Assembly (NCBI GenBank): GCA_015680685.1
Contig: MNCI01000167.1
Coordinates: 2,346 to 66,345, forward strand
From: Gnetum montanum
Lineage: Eukaryota > Plantae > Gnetophyta
Reading direction: 5' to 3'
DNA: 64,000 nt
Under the pieces are notes generated by a model that saw only the letters and a program-made list of their open reading frames with translations, did not search any database and had not been told where the DNA came from. Positions 26,061 through 39,400 of this stretch are shown here, in pieces. Position numbers and translations under genes: made by a program. Position 1 is the stretch's first letter. Every line of letters starts with the position of its first letter.

Positions 26061-29000
26061 GTCCTCTATTACCTCGATGTTCTTTGTATGCTCTATGATC
26101 ATTGTTGTCTTGTTGATCACCTTTATCATAATTATTTCTCTAGTAGCTTCTATTAGAACTAGATGATGAAGGGGAATGTTTAGAATTGGATGAAGAGGAT
26201 GAAGAGGAAGGTGAACTGCCACCGCCATTGCAGTGTCCACCACCACCTCTTTGTTCATTATGACCATAATCCTTAGATTCCTTGCCATTGTGATGTTTAC
26301 CCGAGTCCCTGCCTTGACTATCACTCTTTCTTAAACCTGGTTTATGAATAGTGAATCACAGGTTTGGAGCCACACCCTCATCACCAACAACAAAGGGTGG
26401 AGAATCTTCATGTTGGAAACCCTCTAGGGGAGGATCCTCATTGCTATCTTGGTTCAGTAGAAACAAAGGGTTAGTGAAGTGTTTCCCCTTCATAAACTCA
26501 TGGTGCTTCGCCTAGTGTCAATCTCTCCTGCGTTATGTTTCGGTGGGACGATAGGCTCAAGTGTCATAACCATTCACAATGTATTCTTCATGAAGATTTG
26601 GGATGCCCAACTTCTAAAGAGTTTGAAAAAGCATTCTTGGCATAAATTGATCAGGGGACAATATGATATTGCCCTCCATGTCACCCCATCACAATTGCTC
26701 ATCCTAGTGTAGGATGAAGGTGAAGTCTAGTACATACTCATTTGGATGAGTATATACCACTTTGCACTCTTGTGGGAACAATGTCTTGACATCTTCATGC
26801 CTGTGGGAAGAAGACATCTTGCAAAACAAATAAAATTATCAATGTGCTTAGTAGTTATATGTCATGTGAGAGTGATGTTGACCTTGAGTTCATCCAATGA
26901 TATTAATAATGATCACTAATCCTAGATAGCGCACGTTCAACAAACAAAGTCCCCCATAATGGTGCTAATGATGAGTGGCAAGGTACCCCTATGCCCAACC
27001 ATACGAATCACAAAGCATTCACGTGCGATCCGATCAAATTCCGTGGACATTATAGTTTCTAGTGCACTTGTCTTCTAGGTAGTGAGCCTTGTCCTAAAGG
27101 TTGTTCGTTGTCTTCTTGCTTATACTTGTGAAGTACAAAGGTATGGTTAAGTGAAATCAAGACATATGATTTTTATCATTTTATATTTTATGTTATTTGC
27201 TGCTTTGAATAGAGAGATAAAGTAATTTAACAACTAATCTAAATTAACCAACTAACTAATTTTTAACTAATCCTAACATAAGCATCCAGTCCCACTTTCT
27301 GTACATGTCCTAAACCTACGTATCCACTACTAGGTTACCAAGTGCTACGTCACTAGGTGTACCAAGCAATAATGTTGTTGGGATTACCAAGCAAATATAC
27401 GTTACACTCAAAGCAATCATACTGATGTATTTAATCTATCTAGCTTATCTCGCTTAATTAGCTTAATTATTGGAAAACATTAAATAGTTAACTAAAAGCA
27501 TTAAATGCATAAATAAATATTTAAACTATCCAAAATGTTGCAAGGTTTATCAAGAAGCTTGTCTTTATTGCTATACACACTGTTGTGCTTAGGTACAATG
27601 CACTCAGGAGAAATATTTTAACTTTCAAATGAACAAACTGCAAGAGCTTTACTACTACTATGAATTTGATGCCATAAGCACATTTTTATAGCAAAAAATA
27701 GACCCTATGTTGATGCAGCAAACGATGCATCAATGAGACCATGTCGATGCAGCCAACCATGACCCATCAACTACCATTATTTGACTTTTTTGAAAATTGT
27801 TATTTTTTTCTTCATGAAGAACTTTTTTTTAATGAAGAATAGGACAAATTCCAATAACATGGCCTTCATGATGACAATAGTTATAATATCCTCATAAATT
27901 ATAGTACATAATTTATTGAGAAAAACACTTATTACTAGCCTTGAGTTTTAATTTGTCTTCCTCTATTGTAAATTAATCTATACAAAATAACATGTACGTT
28001 GCACACCATTTAGTGATGCTTTTGACTCTATCTTCAGAAGTGTGTTAATGTTGCCTATAATTTTGCATTCAATAATTTAAAAAATAAGGTGAATATTTTA
28101 TAATTCAATTTAGCAAGGAATTTTAGATTAATTAGAAGAATAGAAATCAAAATCTACTTTTCATTCTCGAGCAATAAAAGTATTACATTGATCCATAAAA
28201 CTTTCAGATTGAATTCACTAGTTTGACAAGTAAAAAAGATTCGGAAAAATATTAGGCATGCAAAACATTAATTCCATGGTGTTTGAGGATAGCTTGAATC
28301 ATTGGCGTAAAACCCTTATTCGCGCAAATAAATCTAATAATTTCCATAAATATGTATTGTGAAGTGATATCTTTTGACAAATATTCATATAAATCATCAA
28401 GCAATCTTATGAAATTCGTTATAGTCTCTATAGTTTAAGAGACAATAGTATTTTTCATCTTCGGATCATTCCTTGGGAAAAAGAAAAAAACACACATGTA
28501 GAATAACTTTGCAATAAACCTTCAAGAGATCAACAACAATTTCTTTTCTAAGCAATAATAAACTTAGATCTAGAAATCACCTTTCACATTTATCTTATTT
28601 GCCTAAGACAATGAAATAACCACTTAACTAGTTAAGACACCTCCCATTAGCAAAATCTTTTCCTTAGCATAACACATGGTTCCAACCATCCTACTTTTTG
28701 TTGGATCATACCATAAGGTGAACCTTATGATCACACTAAATGACATTCATGTGACCAAGATATTTTTCCAATATTAAATCGTTGCATAAAATGCACATTA
28801 GGCATCAGTCCCAGGACCCACAAATGCTAGCCTAAATGTCTAGTTCCAAGCATATTGCCCTTTAAAATTTTTATTAAACAAAAAAAAAGAAAAAATCCTG
28901 GGGGATATTACAACTGGAAATGAACCGACCTATTAATGACCCGGCAACTTCAAAGCCTTCCGGAACAACAATAATAACAATAATAATTTCAGAAAGTAGC

Positions 29001-29199
29001 ATGCCACCTCAGCCCCGTCGGCATTCTACAACAGCGTTCACAAAAACGTATCCCTTTCTCTATTTAATTCAACTTCATCGACGAGCAAATGATGTCTGCT
29101 TTTATCTTAAGCCACTGCTAAACCAGAGAGACGCTCACTCTGGAAAGCAAATAGCGAATCGCCAATGCACATGGCATTCTTTTTTGTTGCAGAACATGC

Positions 29200-30322
29200 T
29201 CCAGAGCCCTAAAGATTTATATAGACATACATATATATCGGAAGCGCCAACGGGAATTTTCAAGGCATCTGTTCAAGTCCGAAGAGGGAGGGTAACAGTC
29301 GCTGGCAATACCGTTCAAGGTCAGGATTTTGATTAAGAACCGGTTCAATATTCCACGATCTTTTTATTGCAGAGATGTCGTAGTTTGTCTGAAATTTTTT
29401 TATAAATGTACTGCTTATAATTGAAGTTATGTGAATCTTTTCTTCTGTATGCAACGTTGTGTCGGTGGCAAGGTACGCTGAAGCGTTATTCGATTCTGTA
29501 AGATTATGCTTGAATTGTTTTATTTATTCGAAGCTTGTAGTTGATTATGATGTGCTGCATGATGTTGTTTTCCCGTGCGTTGGCACGCATGTGTTGTTAA
29601 CTGCGTATTCTATCTGTCATTTTATGCTTTCGGATGCAGTGCTGATTTTGTTGTAGCATTGCTTGATTGTTTAACGTTTTGCGATGCATTTTTATCGGTG
29701 TTTGGTTATTGTATGCTTTTTAGCAGGCAATTTTGTAGTGATGTTTCGGCAGTGTGAAAGGTAGTCGTCGTTGTAATATACGTTCTTGCCACAGAGAGAT
29801 GAGTTATGCAATGCTGGGCATCTACTTATTTTCGTGTCACGTTATGATATCTTGAAACATTTTGTGTGATAGCATGTTTAGGCTGGGCATGGTATCATAT
29901 AAGTTTAAAGGTTTTTAGCTGGCTTTTGGCGATGCCTTGAGATTGTGGAACTTTTCAGTATCATGTATCGAGGATTGTATATTCATTGGGCTTTATCATA
30001 GCAGTCATGCAGTACCGGAACTTTTTTGTCCTGCGTTTGCTTTGTTTGTTTGCCATACATCCTTTCCGAGTTTTAGTCATAAGCAACGATTATTTTTGGA
30101 GCATTATTTTAGGCCCACACTTTTTTTCAGTTGCTATTAAGGTTGATGAGACAATTTTCCCTCAACGGCTCTTTTGAACATTTCAAGCATTCTTACATGA
30201 ATGAAGGAGTATTTATCTTTTAAACTCGTTGAGCATCTGACCATATAATTTTAATAAATGCTCAGGTTTTGTGAACTTGACTTTTCTTGGTGCTGCGCTG
30301 TCAGAAACTGCTTTATAACTAC
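29200..30322 (+). promoter_or_regulatory. Probable TATA region, 5' UTR exon and 5' UTR intron of the importin gene
   Basis: TATA-like run at ~29216-29238, donor AAG|GTCAGG after 29319, U/G-rich intron, acceptor CTCAG at 30265. Inference only. Confidence 0.45.
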
Positions 30323-30463
30323 ATGGCCCTGTCCACGGCTGATCTTCAGACCATTTATTCATTATTAACAAATGCTCTGAGTGGAGACAAGAATGTCCAG
30401 AAGCCTGCAGAGGCAGCACTTTCAACCTATGAAAGCAAGCCTACCTTCTGTTCTGGTCTCCTG
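30323..30463 (+). CDS. KA120: Importin-11 coding exon 1
   Basis: MALSTADLQ...FCSGLL; donor GTAAGC. Confidence 0.92.
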
Positions 30464-33400
30464 GTAAGCTATGTATGTTAAGCTTTTGTTCTATACTTGG
30501 CTCACTATGTAATTGTGAAAAGATCAATGTATGGATAAAGGTACCATGATGATGATAATGACCACTGTTTGTGTAGATGAAATTCCATACCATTTTTATA
30601 GGTGGATAAGTTTTCATTTCTGTTAGAGACAAACACGTATTGTGGATCGTGGGATTAGTAGACTAATGCCATTTGCTATTCTTATGTTCTGATCGTCTAA
30701 TTAGCAAAAAATTAGGAATGTCTTTGCAATAATGTGTTTTCAATCAGAAGCCATCTGGATTTAGATTCTATTATGTTTGTTACATCCTGTTCACTCATTC
30801 ACCATTTCTCTAAAATTGTGCTTATCCTTTTATTGAATAGGCACACATAAAAAAAAATTTGTTAATGAAATTGTGCTCATCTTTAACATGTATGATGTAA
30901 AATTGTTTACCCATGAATCAAACCTCACAAGAACACAGGACTGCATATAAATGTACTTATTTTTATAGAACAGTTTGTAAGCAGTTTTATAGTTCATAGC
31001 TCAATGGTAATTAACGTTTAAAAATGGTTTCTTTAAAAATCAAAGTATTATTCTCTGGAAATAGGGTACATCTGAAATGTTATGGCTGACATCTGGTAAT
31101 TGCAAATCACACTGTAAATACAAGTTGTCCATATGGATACTTTTGTTCAATCATCCAACAGTATGGAGCCGAAAGGTTTCACAATTTGCCAATAAATTTG
31201 TTTAATCACAATTTTTCAACAATTTAATTAAGAATATATTTTTGTTCCCTTTCACTATAAAGTTTTACCTAACTCTATGTTTAGTATTTGTGCTTTAATG
31301 TGATGTCAGAAACATACCTGACTCACTTTCATCTCACCTTCTGAGCCTGGCAAACTTCTTGACATGAAGCCTGTTTTCAGTCTTACAGTTTTCTGCCAGA
31401 TGAATGCATATGAAAAGGAGATTATAGAAGAACATAGTTATCTTGCCTTGTTAGAGGCATTGGTTCTGATATTTCTTTATTGCCTTCTTCCTTTAAATGG
31501 AAGAGAACATTCTTGTGTAGACACTAGCTTCAAGGTTAATATCATTATCTTTCAGAGTTGTTAATTCATATCATGAGATGGGACTTTAGTTTTTTTAGCT
31601 ATTTTCTAATTTTTTGTAGTGTTTAATTAAACAAATGATATTTGAATTCTTGAATATTATATTTGGTTGTGAGTCTCTGTCAATGTGTGTGTGGGATATT
31701 CATCTTGACAAGTTACTGACTTCTTCCTAAGGGGGAATGTAGGAGATTATTTCGAGGAAGGATCTGGATAGTCAAAATAATGCACGGTGGTTGGCAACTG
31801 TGTATTTCAAGAACAGCATAAATCGGTACTGGCGGCAGAGACGGGAGTCTATGTAAGTTTTTCTTGATATGCAATTTTAAGCATCCGAGTGCATTGTATT
31901 AGATTTTTTTTTTTATTTCAACAGTTGAGAACAAAAAATATGTTAAAAAAAGATGAAGCTATAAAATGATTGTAAGACCTAAAATATGAGATTTCTGACT
32001 CTAACATATCATGGTTACATATGCATGAATCTAATGTCCAAAATATAGTTATGTATAAATTTTTTATATATTTGATTTTAGTTTTTTTGGGTGCTATTAT
32101 GGTTTAAATTTACTTTTGGAATAGAGTTATAACCAAGGAGGAGAAGACATATTTGCGGAAGAGACTTTTGCAACTAATCAGGGAAGAGAACTACCAGGTT
32201 AGTTTTTTGAAAGATTGATATCCTAATATATTTCCAACATCATATATTCTGTTTGTTTTTGAACGAATCAATGTGATAAATTTGGTCTAGTTAAAACTTT
32301 AAATATCATACAATGCTTCCAAGAACACATATGTTAAGAGTTTATATAGATTGGTTTTGATGCCTATATGCATTTATAATCTTACTGGTCATCTGTTTAT
32401 TTTATAAGTGAAATGTTTGATTTTGCATTCAGGTTGCAGTTCAACTGGCTGTACTCATATCCAAAATTGCTCGGATTGATTATCCTAAAGAATGGTATCT
32501 ATCTTTTACAATGACTATATGGAAAATTGTAATTTTTTGCATATGGTTTGGATTTGGATATATTTATTGAAAAACATAATCATCTTTATCATTATCCTAG
32601 TCACATCCAACATCCATCTTAACATGTGCATCTCTGTCACATGTATATGGTGAGCCTGATGCTTTTTTATAGGTTAACATTCCATATTGTAATGAATTGT
32701 ATGTCTGATAGTAGTACTGTAGAACTTACCCTTCAACCTAGCATGGATTTTTTTATCGCAAAGGAAATCATTAGCTTTCTGCCATTTCTTCTATCATACT
32801 TCAATTATGTTTGTTACATCATTGTTAATCACACCATCCACTTAAACAAGAGACTCGTAGTATGAGTTTCTATATTTCTAGAAAAGTATCTTTGAGAAAA
32901 TTCTTTGCAATAACCACTGCTAGATGTTGATGACTTAACCATAATTTTGGCTAAGCGTTCGAGCCCAAATGTATGATATACTAACTGTAAGCATTATTTA
33001 GAGCTTATCATGCTGACCGTGTTCTTGTATTTTACACTCAGTTCAGTATCTTTAGAAATTCTTTCAGGTAGGCACTCTTGAGAAAAAAGGACCTTGGTAG
33101 ACAAACATAAGATTTTAAAAGAAATTTATGCAAAACCCCTTTTTGGCATTCTGTGTTAACTTTTTTTTTTCCTTGTTTTGTTCTTTTTGGTTTTCTTTTT
33201 ATTTTTCTTGTATTTNCCTTGGACTGGTTGCTATATATATCTAACATTCTAAGATCCTAAACATATTACATGAGGGACTTCTGTGAAGAAATATTAGTTA
33301 TTCCACTTCCACAGTTATGCAAAATGAGCTTACTGAAATACAAGAAAAATAAAAAGAAAACCAAAAAGAACAAAACAAGGAAAAAAAAAAGTTAACACAG

Positions 33401-36400
33401 AATGCATAAATTTCTTTTAAAATCTTATGTTTGTCTACCAAGGTCCTTTTTTCTCAAGAGTGCCTACCTGAAAGAATTTCTAAAGATACTGAACTGAGTG
33501 TAAAATACAAGAACACGGTCAGCATGATAAGCTCTAAATAATGCTTACAGTTAGTATATCATACATTTGGGCTCGAACGCTTAGCCAAAATTATGGTTAA
33601 GTCATCAACATCTAGCAGTGGTTATTGCAAAGAATTTTCTCANATCTTGTGCAGCACCTTCAGTCAATTGATATTCTTGGCAGTCACAGGGTTTACTTGG
33701 TTTTGCATCGAATACTGAAGGAACTGTCAACCAAAAGGCTTGCTGCAGATCAACGTAATTTTGCAGAGGTTTTATTTCACATATTCCTACTTTATTATTG
33801 TCTCTTCTCTTTCAGTGGATTTAAAAAAGTATTGTAGTTAACTTAAAGTTTTAGTTGTATGTTTTCTGGTGAAGTCTCAAGACATACATTTATGTTCATA
33901 TATTTTAAATAATTTTTTTTAAATTGTTAAAATGATCATAATGCCCTGGGTCCTTTTCCAAGGGCTTGTAACTTCTTTCCCCATTATTTTTATGTAAAAA
34001 TTTGAAAGTAGATATCTATGACATAACAAAAACAATGTAATAATACAATGTTATATAAAGGCTTGATGTACAAACTTATATTGTTACATCTGATATGTTG
34101 GGTTGGTAACCCTTTTTTCAGTGCCTAACCTTAACATATCACATGTTATACTGATTATAGTATATTTGGTGTGTGTTATGACTTAAATCGTATTTAGTGT
34201 GATGAAATTTGGGGCTTGATGAGCTAAGCAAGGTTCCAAGAATTCTGTTGGTTGTGTTTCAGTTTTTATGAAGAGATAATTATATTGAGGTGTTCGGAGC
34301 TCCAAGGTAACAAATTTCAGAAAGAAGAAGCTTGTGAGTTCGTGCAATAAGCTATATGAGCCAAAAGCACCAGTAAATTTAAATGCTTATACATGATAAA
34401 TCAATTGAAACATGGGGCCTTTGCAATGCATTGTTTTGATTGAATCAGGTTAAGAAACAACATAGGAATATGAAATGTGCTACTTCTTACAGTATGAAAA
34501 CAATACCAGTTTTGAATTTAATCTAATTCAATGTTATTCCTTAGTCTTCTAAGTAGAGCACCTCTGTATCTCACACCACCAATAATGAATCTAGATAGCT
34601 GGATCATATGAGATTATGCTTTCTTTTAACGTGTTAATTTCTCACGATATGCTTTTTGGCAATGCTACCTCTCACTAAATCCTATTTATTTTGAATAAAC
34701 TTAGAAAGTCCTGTAGGAAACATGAAGTTTTCTGCAATATAACCATGGAAAAATAAGGTTCGTCTTTAGACGTTTCAACCAATGCAGTGGAATTAAGTGA
34801 TTTAATCTTTTGAACATTATTCAAATATATCAAACTTAGAATATTCAAACATTATTTAAATATTATTTTTATTAATAGGTTTAATATAAAGTAAAATGGA
34901 TTATTTATTTATTTGGTCTAATGATAATACTTTATTTATTTTAACTCATCGTGTTTCTAATGAGATATTTCAAAGGCCTTATGCCAGTTAATTTTAGAAA
35001 TCTGAAAATTATAGTATAGAAAATTTAATATTGAAACTTTGAATTATCTATGGAAATAATTTTTTTTCTAAAACTTTGTTGGGTTAACTTCCTAACTGGC
35101 TTTATTCGAATTACCAGGTAACATCCCTGCTTTATAATTATGCATGGGTTCAGTGGACAGCTGATACAAAGTCTATCATTGATGGATTTTCTATTGCTCT
35201 TCAATCTTCTTCAAGAACCTTGCCTCCATTGGGGCACCAACAAGCACTCCATCTAACTAGTGAGAGATGGCTGCTGTGTCTAAAGATACTGAAGTTAATG
35301 CTTCTTTCTGGTTTTCAAAGTGATGCAAAATGTATTCAAGTGAGAAATTTTCTTATCTTTTGAACATGGTAATTTTACGTATTGATTTTAATAGCTATGT
35401 ACTAGCTTATGTGGTGTGCTACTCACACAGGAGGTTCCTATTGTTAAGGATGTTTGTCCTGCTGTCCTGCAAGCAGTTCAATCCATATTACAGTATCGTA
35501 AGTGTTTTCTTCTCTTTTGATCTGTGTACAATAAATAGTCTCTTCTACCTTTATATGTTTCCTTCGACGAAAAATAAGTATATGCTCTGAAGTTAGTTCT
35601 GTTCATTTTTCTTTTGCATGTTGAATATTGTTTTTTTGGAAGGAAGGTCAGGTAAATCGTATCAACAAAATAAACTTCAGGTACATAATGCATATTTACA
35701 ACAGAAAACCCATCCAAAAACGGGGCAGGCTCCCCCTACAACAGGCCCCTTCTAGGCCTATATACACACTGTAAACACAGCAGCCATCAATCTGAAGCAA
35801 TCAAGACCAAAACCGGGCAGAGAACAAAGCCCAACCAAACCCAGACCCAATTCCCTCACCCAAACACGACACACCCCCAAACACAAACAAGGAACAGAGA
35901 AGCCCCTTAAAGATGGTGGGGAAGAGAAAAACAGGTGCACCGGTGGGCCACCTTGAAGTGGACTTGATCTAAAATAGCCCTAAGCTGCGTAGAGGCAACA
36001 AAATTCGTTGCCTGTTGGAACTCTAGGAAGTCCTGTTCCACCTGCAAGTGCTCATTATCCGGAAGTCCTGTTCCACCTGCAAGCGTTCATTATCAGGCAT
36101 ATCTTTGGTCTTATCCGGGTGATACTTGGTGGCCACTAACTCGATATGCCTCTACAACTCAGTCCATGATGCTTCATTGTTGATGACCATAAGGATATAC
36201 ACCTCAAGTGGGGTGAGTGTTTGACATACTTATATAGAGTTTTGAATGAATTTTGAAACTTGAATTGCTGATATTATTATTTACAGGGAGACCATTCTCA
36301 TCAATTTGACATACTTCAGTTTTTTTTTAAAGGTTAAAATGATCAATTTATAATTAGTAAATAAAAATATGTAGAAAGCCAGCTGCTGTTGAACCTAACA

Positions 36401-39400
36401 AGCAGTTAATCATGAGTTTTGTAACCAATTATGAGAAGATCATGATTTGTAAGTCATGGAATGTTGGGACTCTTCTGCGAAATTAAATTATAAGGAAGAA
36501 TAGTGTAACTAAGTGAGAAAGAGAAGTGTGTATCATATACAATCATGAGTTTTGTAACCAATTATGATAGAAGATTGTGATTTGTAAGTCGTGGAATGTT
36601 GGGACTCTTCTGCGAAATAAAATTGTATGGAAGAATAGTGTAACTAAGTGAGAAAGAGAAGTGTGTATGAGAGATGTAGACAAGTGAAAAGGAAAGAAAA
36701 AAGAATTTCATAGAACAACAGGACAAAAATAAGAGTAGCAAAAAGTGAAGACATGGACACAAATAGTCCATGGAGCTATGAATTAAGAAGGTTGTAATGT
36801 TTACAAGATCATTGTAGACTTAATAATCAAAGATGACACATGAATATCCTTTGCTAGAGAAGTGAAGCTGCTGAGTAGACTCACGAGTGAGTTAGGATCT
36901 AGTTTTCTCAATAGGAAGAGAAGGTTCACTATTGAGCTAATTGGTAAGCCTAATGGAGGCAACATTGGAGTAAATGGAGTTGTGAATTAAAGTAGCAAAG
37001 TAGTACACAGAGTCAAACAAGTTTAAGTTGGCCAAGGTAAACTAACTTTTCCTTCATAAGACCAATAAGTACAATTTGGTTAACCTGTAACACATACCTT
37101 GTGTGTTATAATTATGAATACATCTGTCCACTTTTAAACCATTTACAAAAAATATTAATCAATTAATCATTCAGTTACATTCCCTCCACAAGATCCTTGG
37201 GTAATTAGAGTTATCTTTATAACATAAACCAAACTCTAAACATGATATTGGAGTAAGGTTATGGTTAGTGGAAATCACTATTTATAAATCAATTGAATGC
37301 AATAAAAGCTTGTTAAAGGAAAATTGTTAATAGGTACAACGGTACCCAACCAACTGTAACCGTTGGGGAAACAGTATTAAATAAGGATCAATTTAGGGGG
37401 AAAAATTAAGGCATGCAACAAGATCATTTTCAAGAGTGATACAAAGTAGGCAAAACAACATCGTAAGATGGAGAAGGTTCATGAGTTATTGATGAGCTCT
37501 AGAACTACAATTGATGAGGCACTCCAATACCTTATGGCATGTCAAAGCCATTCCACACATTTGAAGTAGCTCCCTCTCTCTCATGGAGTATTGTTTCGAA
37601 TACATTATGTCTGTTCTACAAAGGATGGAAGGTAAGTTGGATAATGGTTACAACTTCATATGAGATTAAGGCATAACCAACACGTGCAACAAAATTGTCC
37701 AAATCAATTGAAACAACAACAATGTAGACAGAATGTCGGGCCTTATTAGTAATATTAGAGACCCATGAATAAATCATGGAATTTACCGTGTAAGCCAAAT
37801 GCCAAGTTTCCCAAACCAAAACCTTATGTTCCAAATTTATCATGTCAGAATCCAAAACATTATATTAACCATTGGAGGGAATCAAATTGAGTCAATATCA
37901 CTTTAACTCACTTTTGTAATACTCTTGCATGGCAGTGAAACACAGATAGTATGTTTCGTTAGATGTTCATTGTGTAAGGATTTAAAACTTATATATTATG
38001 TACGCTTACAAAAAGTAACAACACCATACCAAGGGTATTGAGCTCATAATTGGGATATAATTCCTGTTAAAGAATTTGGCGCATATTGAGGGCAAATGAG
38101 AGTGAAATTAGGGTACAATTTGCACTTGCATTTCTTTATCAAAATCTTGTTGTGAATTAACTATTTCTCAAATTCAGTCAGTGCAAGATGAATCCAGAAA
38201 AGAAGTACAATTTCAAAGCAATTCTAGTAAGGCAAGAAGCTTTTGTGCCTCTGTCTTTCCAGGCCAGGAGAGAAACATTTAAGATTGAACACCTGATAAT
38301 TTTCAATACCAATTATGTGTAGTTGATGGTTGATCTTGATATCGAAGAACAACTCAATGAAGTTGGAATGAGCAGATATGCAGTGCAAGACCTTTCTTCA
38401 GCACAGTTGATTTCAGATGTGGGCATGCTGAAGACCCTCAAATCGTATAACAACGGTGTCTTGGAAATTTTCTACAAAGGTATGTTTGTACACGTCCCTG
38501 TCAATGAGGAAATTGTGAGGCATGTGTTGAAACGTGTGGTGTAAGCCATGATTCCTTGGCTTCAGCCTTTTTATCAGAATAGAACTTTGTGAAAAATCGG
38601 ACAGCTATTTGGATTAATGTCAATTTGTTTAGGGAGCCTATTAGTTGAATGGCCAAATTATACAATAATTGGATTGACTGTTGAGACCATCGGATGTCAA
38701 TTTAATGGAGTATATTGAGGAGTCTATTTTATTTTCATATGTGGAAGATAAAATGCTGCTGGGCATGTTTTGTGGTGCATAATTTTTATAGGGCTCTCTC
38801 GAAGATTAAGGAAGGCACATGATCTAGATTTGGGTTTGTAAGTTTGGTCATAATTATTGAAAAGAAGTTTTTGAGCGCAATGATTTCATCTAGCTTTCCC
38901 ACACATATGTTAATCTCAGTCTTGTCATAAAAAAACAGAGGTTGTTAATTTCCAGAGCGACAAAATTGTTATGTTTGGGTCTGCGGCTATTGTTACGTCT
39001 CCTGCCATCGTAATCATGCAGGTTACGCAAACATCCATAGGTAACTTTAGAAGAAATCCAAAAAGAATAGCCACTTAATCCCCAACAACAAGCTCAAGCA
39101 GGAAGAAGGTACAGAAGATTGATGTTGGTCCTAAGTCCACACCATCAAGACAAAACTCTAACTGTCCATTAGCTGAAGTAGCAAAGAAACATGAACGGGA
39201 GAGGATTCTTAAAGATAAGTTTTTTTCATCGTCCCTCTTCCTTATTCTGAAGATACCAATGGAGAAAGTTTGATTGGTTTAGAAATACTTAATGATTATG
39301 CTTTGGAAAGTATTAAGGAAGTCATGGATGCTACCCAATTGACTCATTCTGTTAGAGTGTGTGGATGTAATGGCATTAGATATTTATAACACAATAGGGG

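Larger units (their letters stand above)
5004..27769 (-). mobile_element. Full-length decayed Athila-like Ty3/Gypsy LTR retrotransposon (outer element)
   Basis: LTRs at 26969-27769 (5') and 5004-5872 (3'). TSD ACTAC at 4999-5003 and 27770-27774. Degenerate tRNA-Asp-type PBS (TTAGCACCATTATGGGGG) next to 26968 and PPT next to 5873. Domain order gag-PR-RT-RH-INT plus an extra 3' ORF. Confidence 0.93.

Noticed and set aside
28920-29336. 138-aa ORF upstream of the importin gene
   Set aside because: No recognisable motif, and it overlaps the probable promoter/5' UTR. Likely a chance ORF, as are most short ORFs in the track.
32895-33643. Long inverted repeat in importin intron 4 and missing start of exon 5
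   Set aside because: Associated with Ns at 33216 and 33643. An assembly artefact is more likely than a real hairpin or pseudogenisation.
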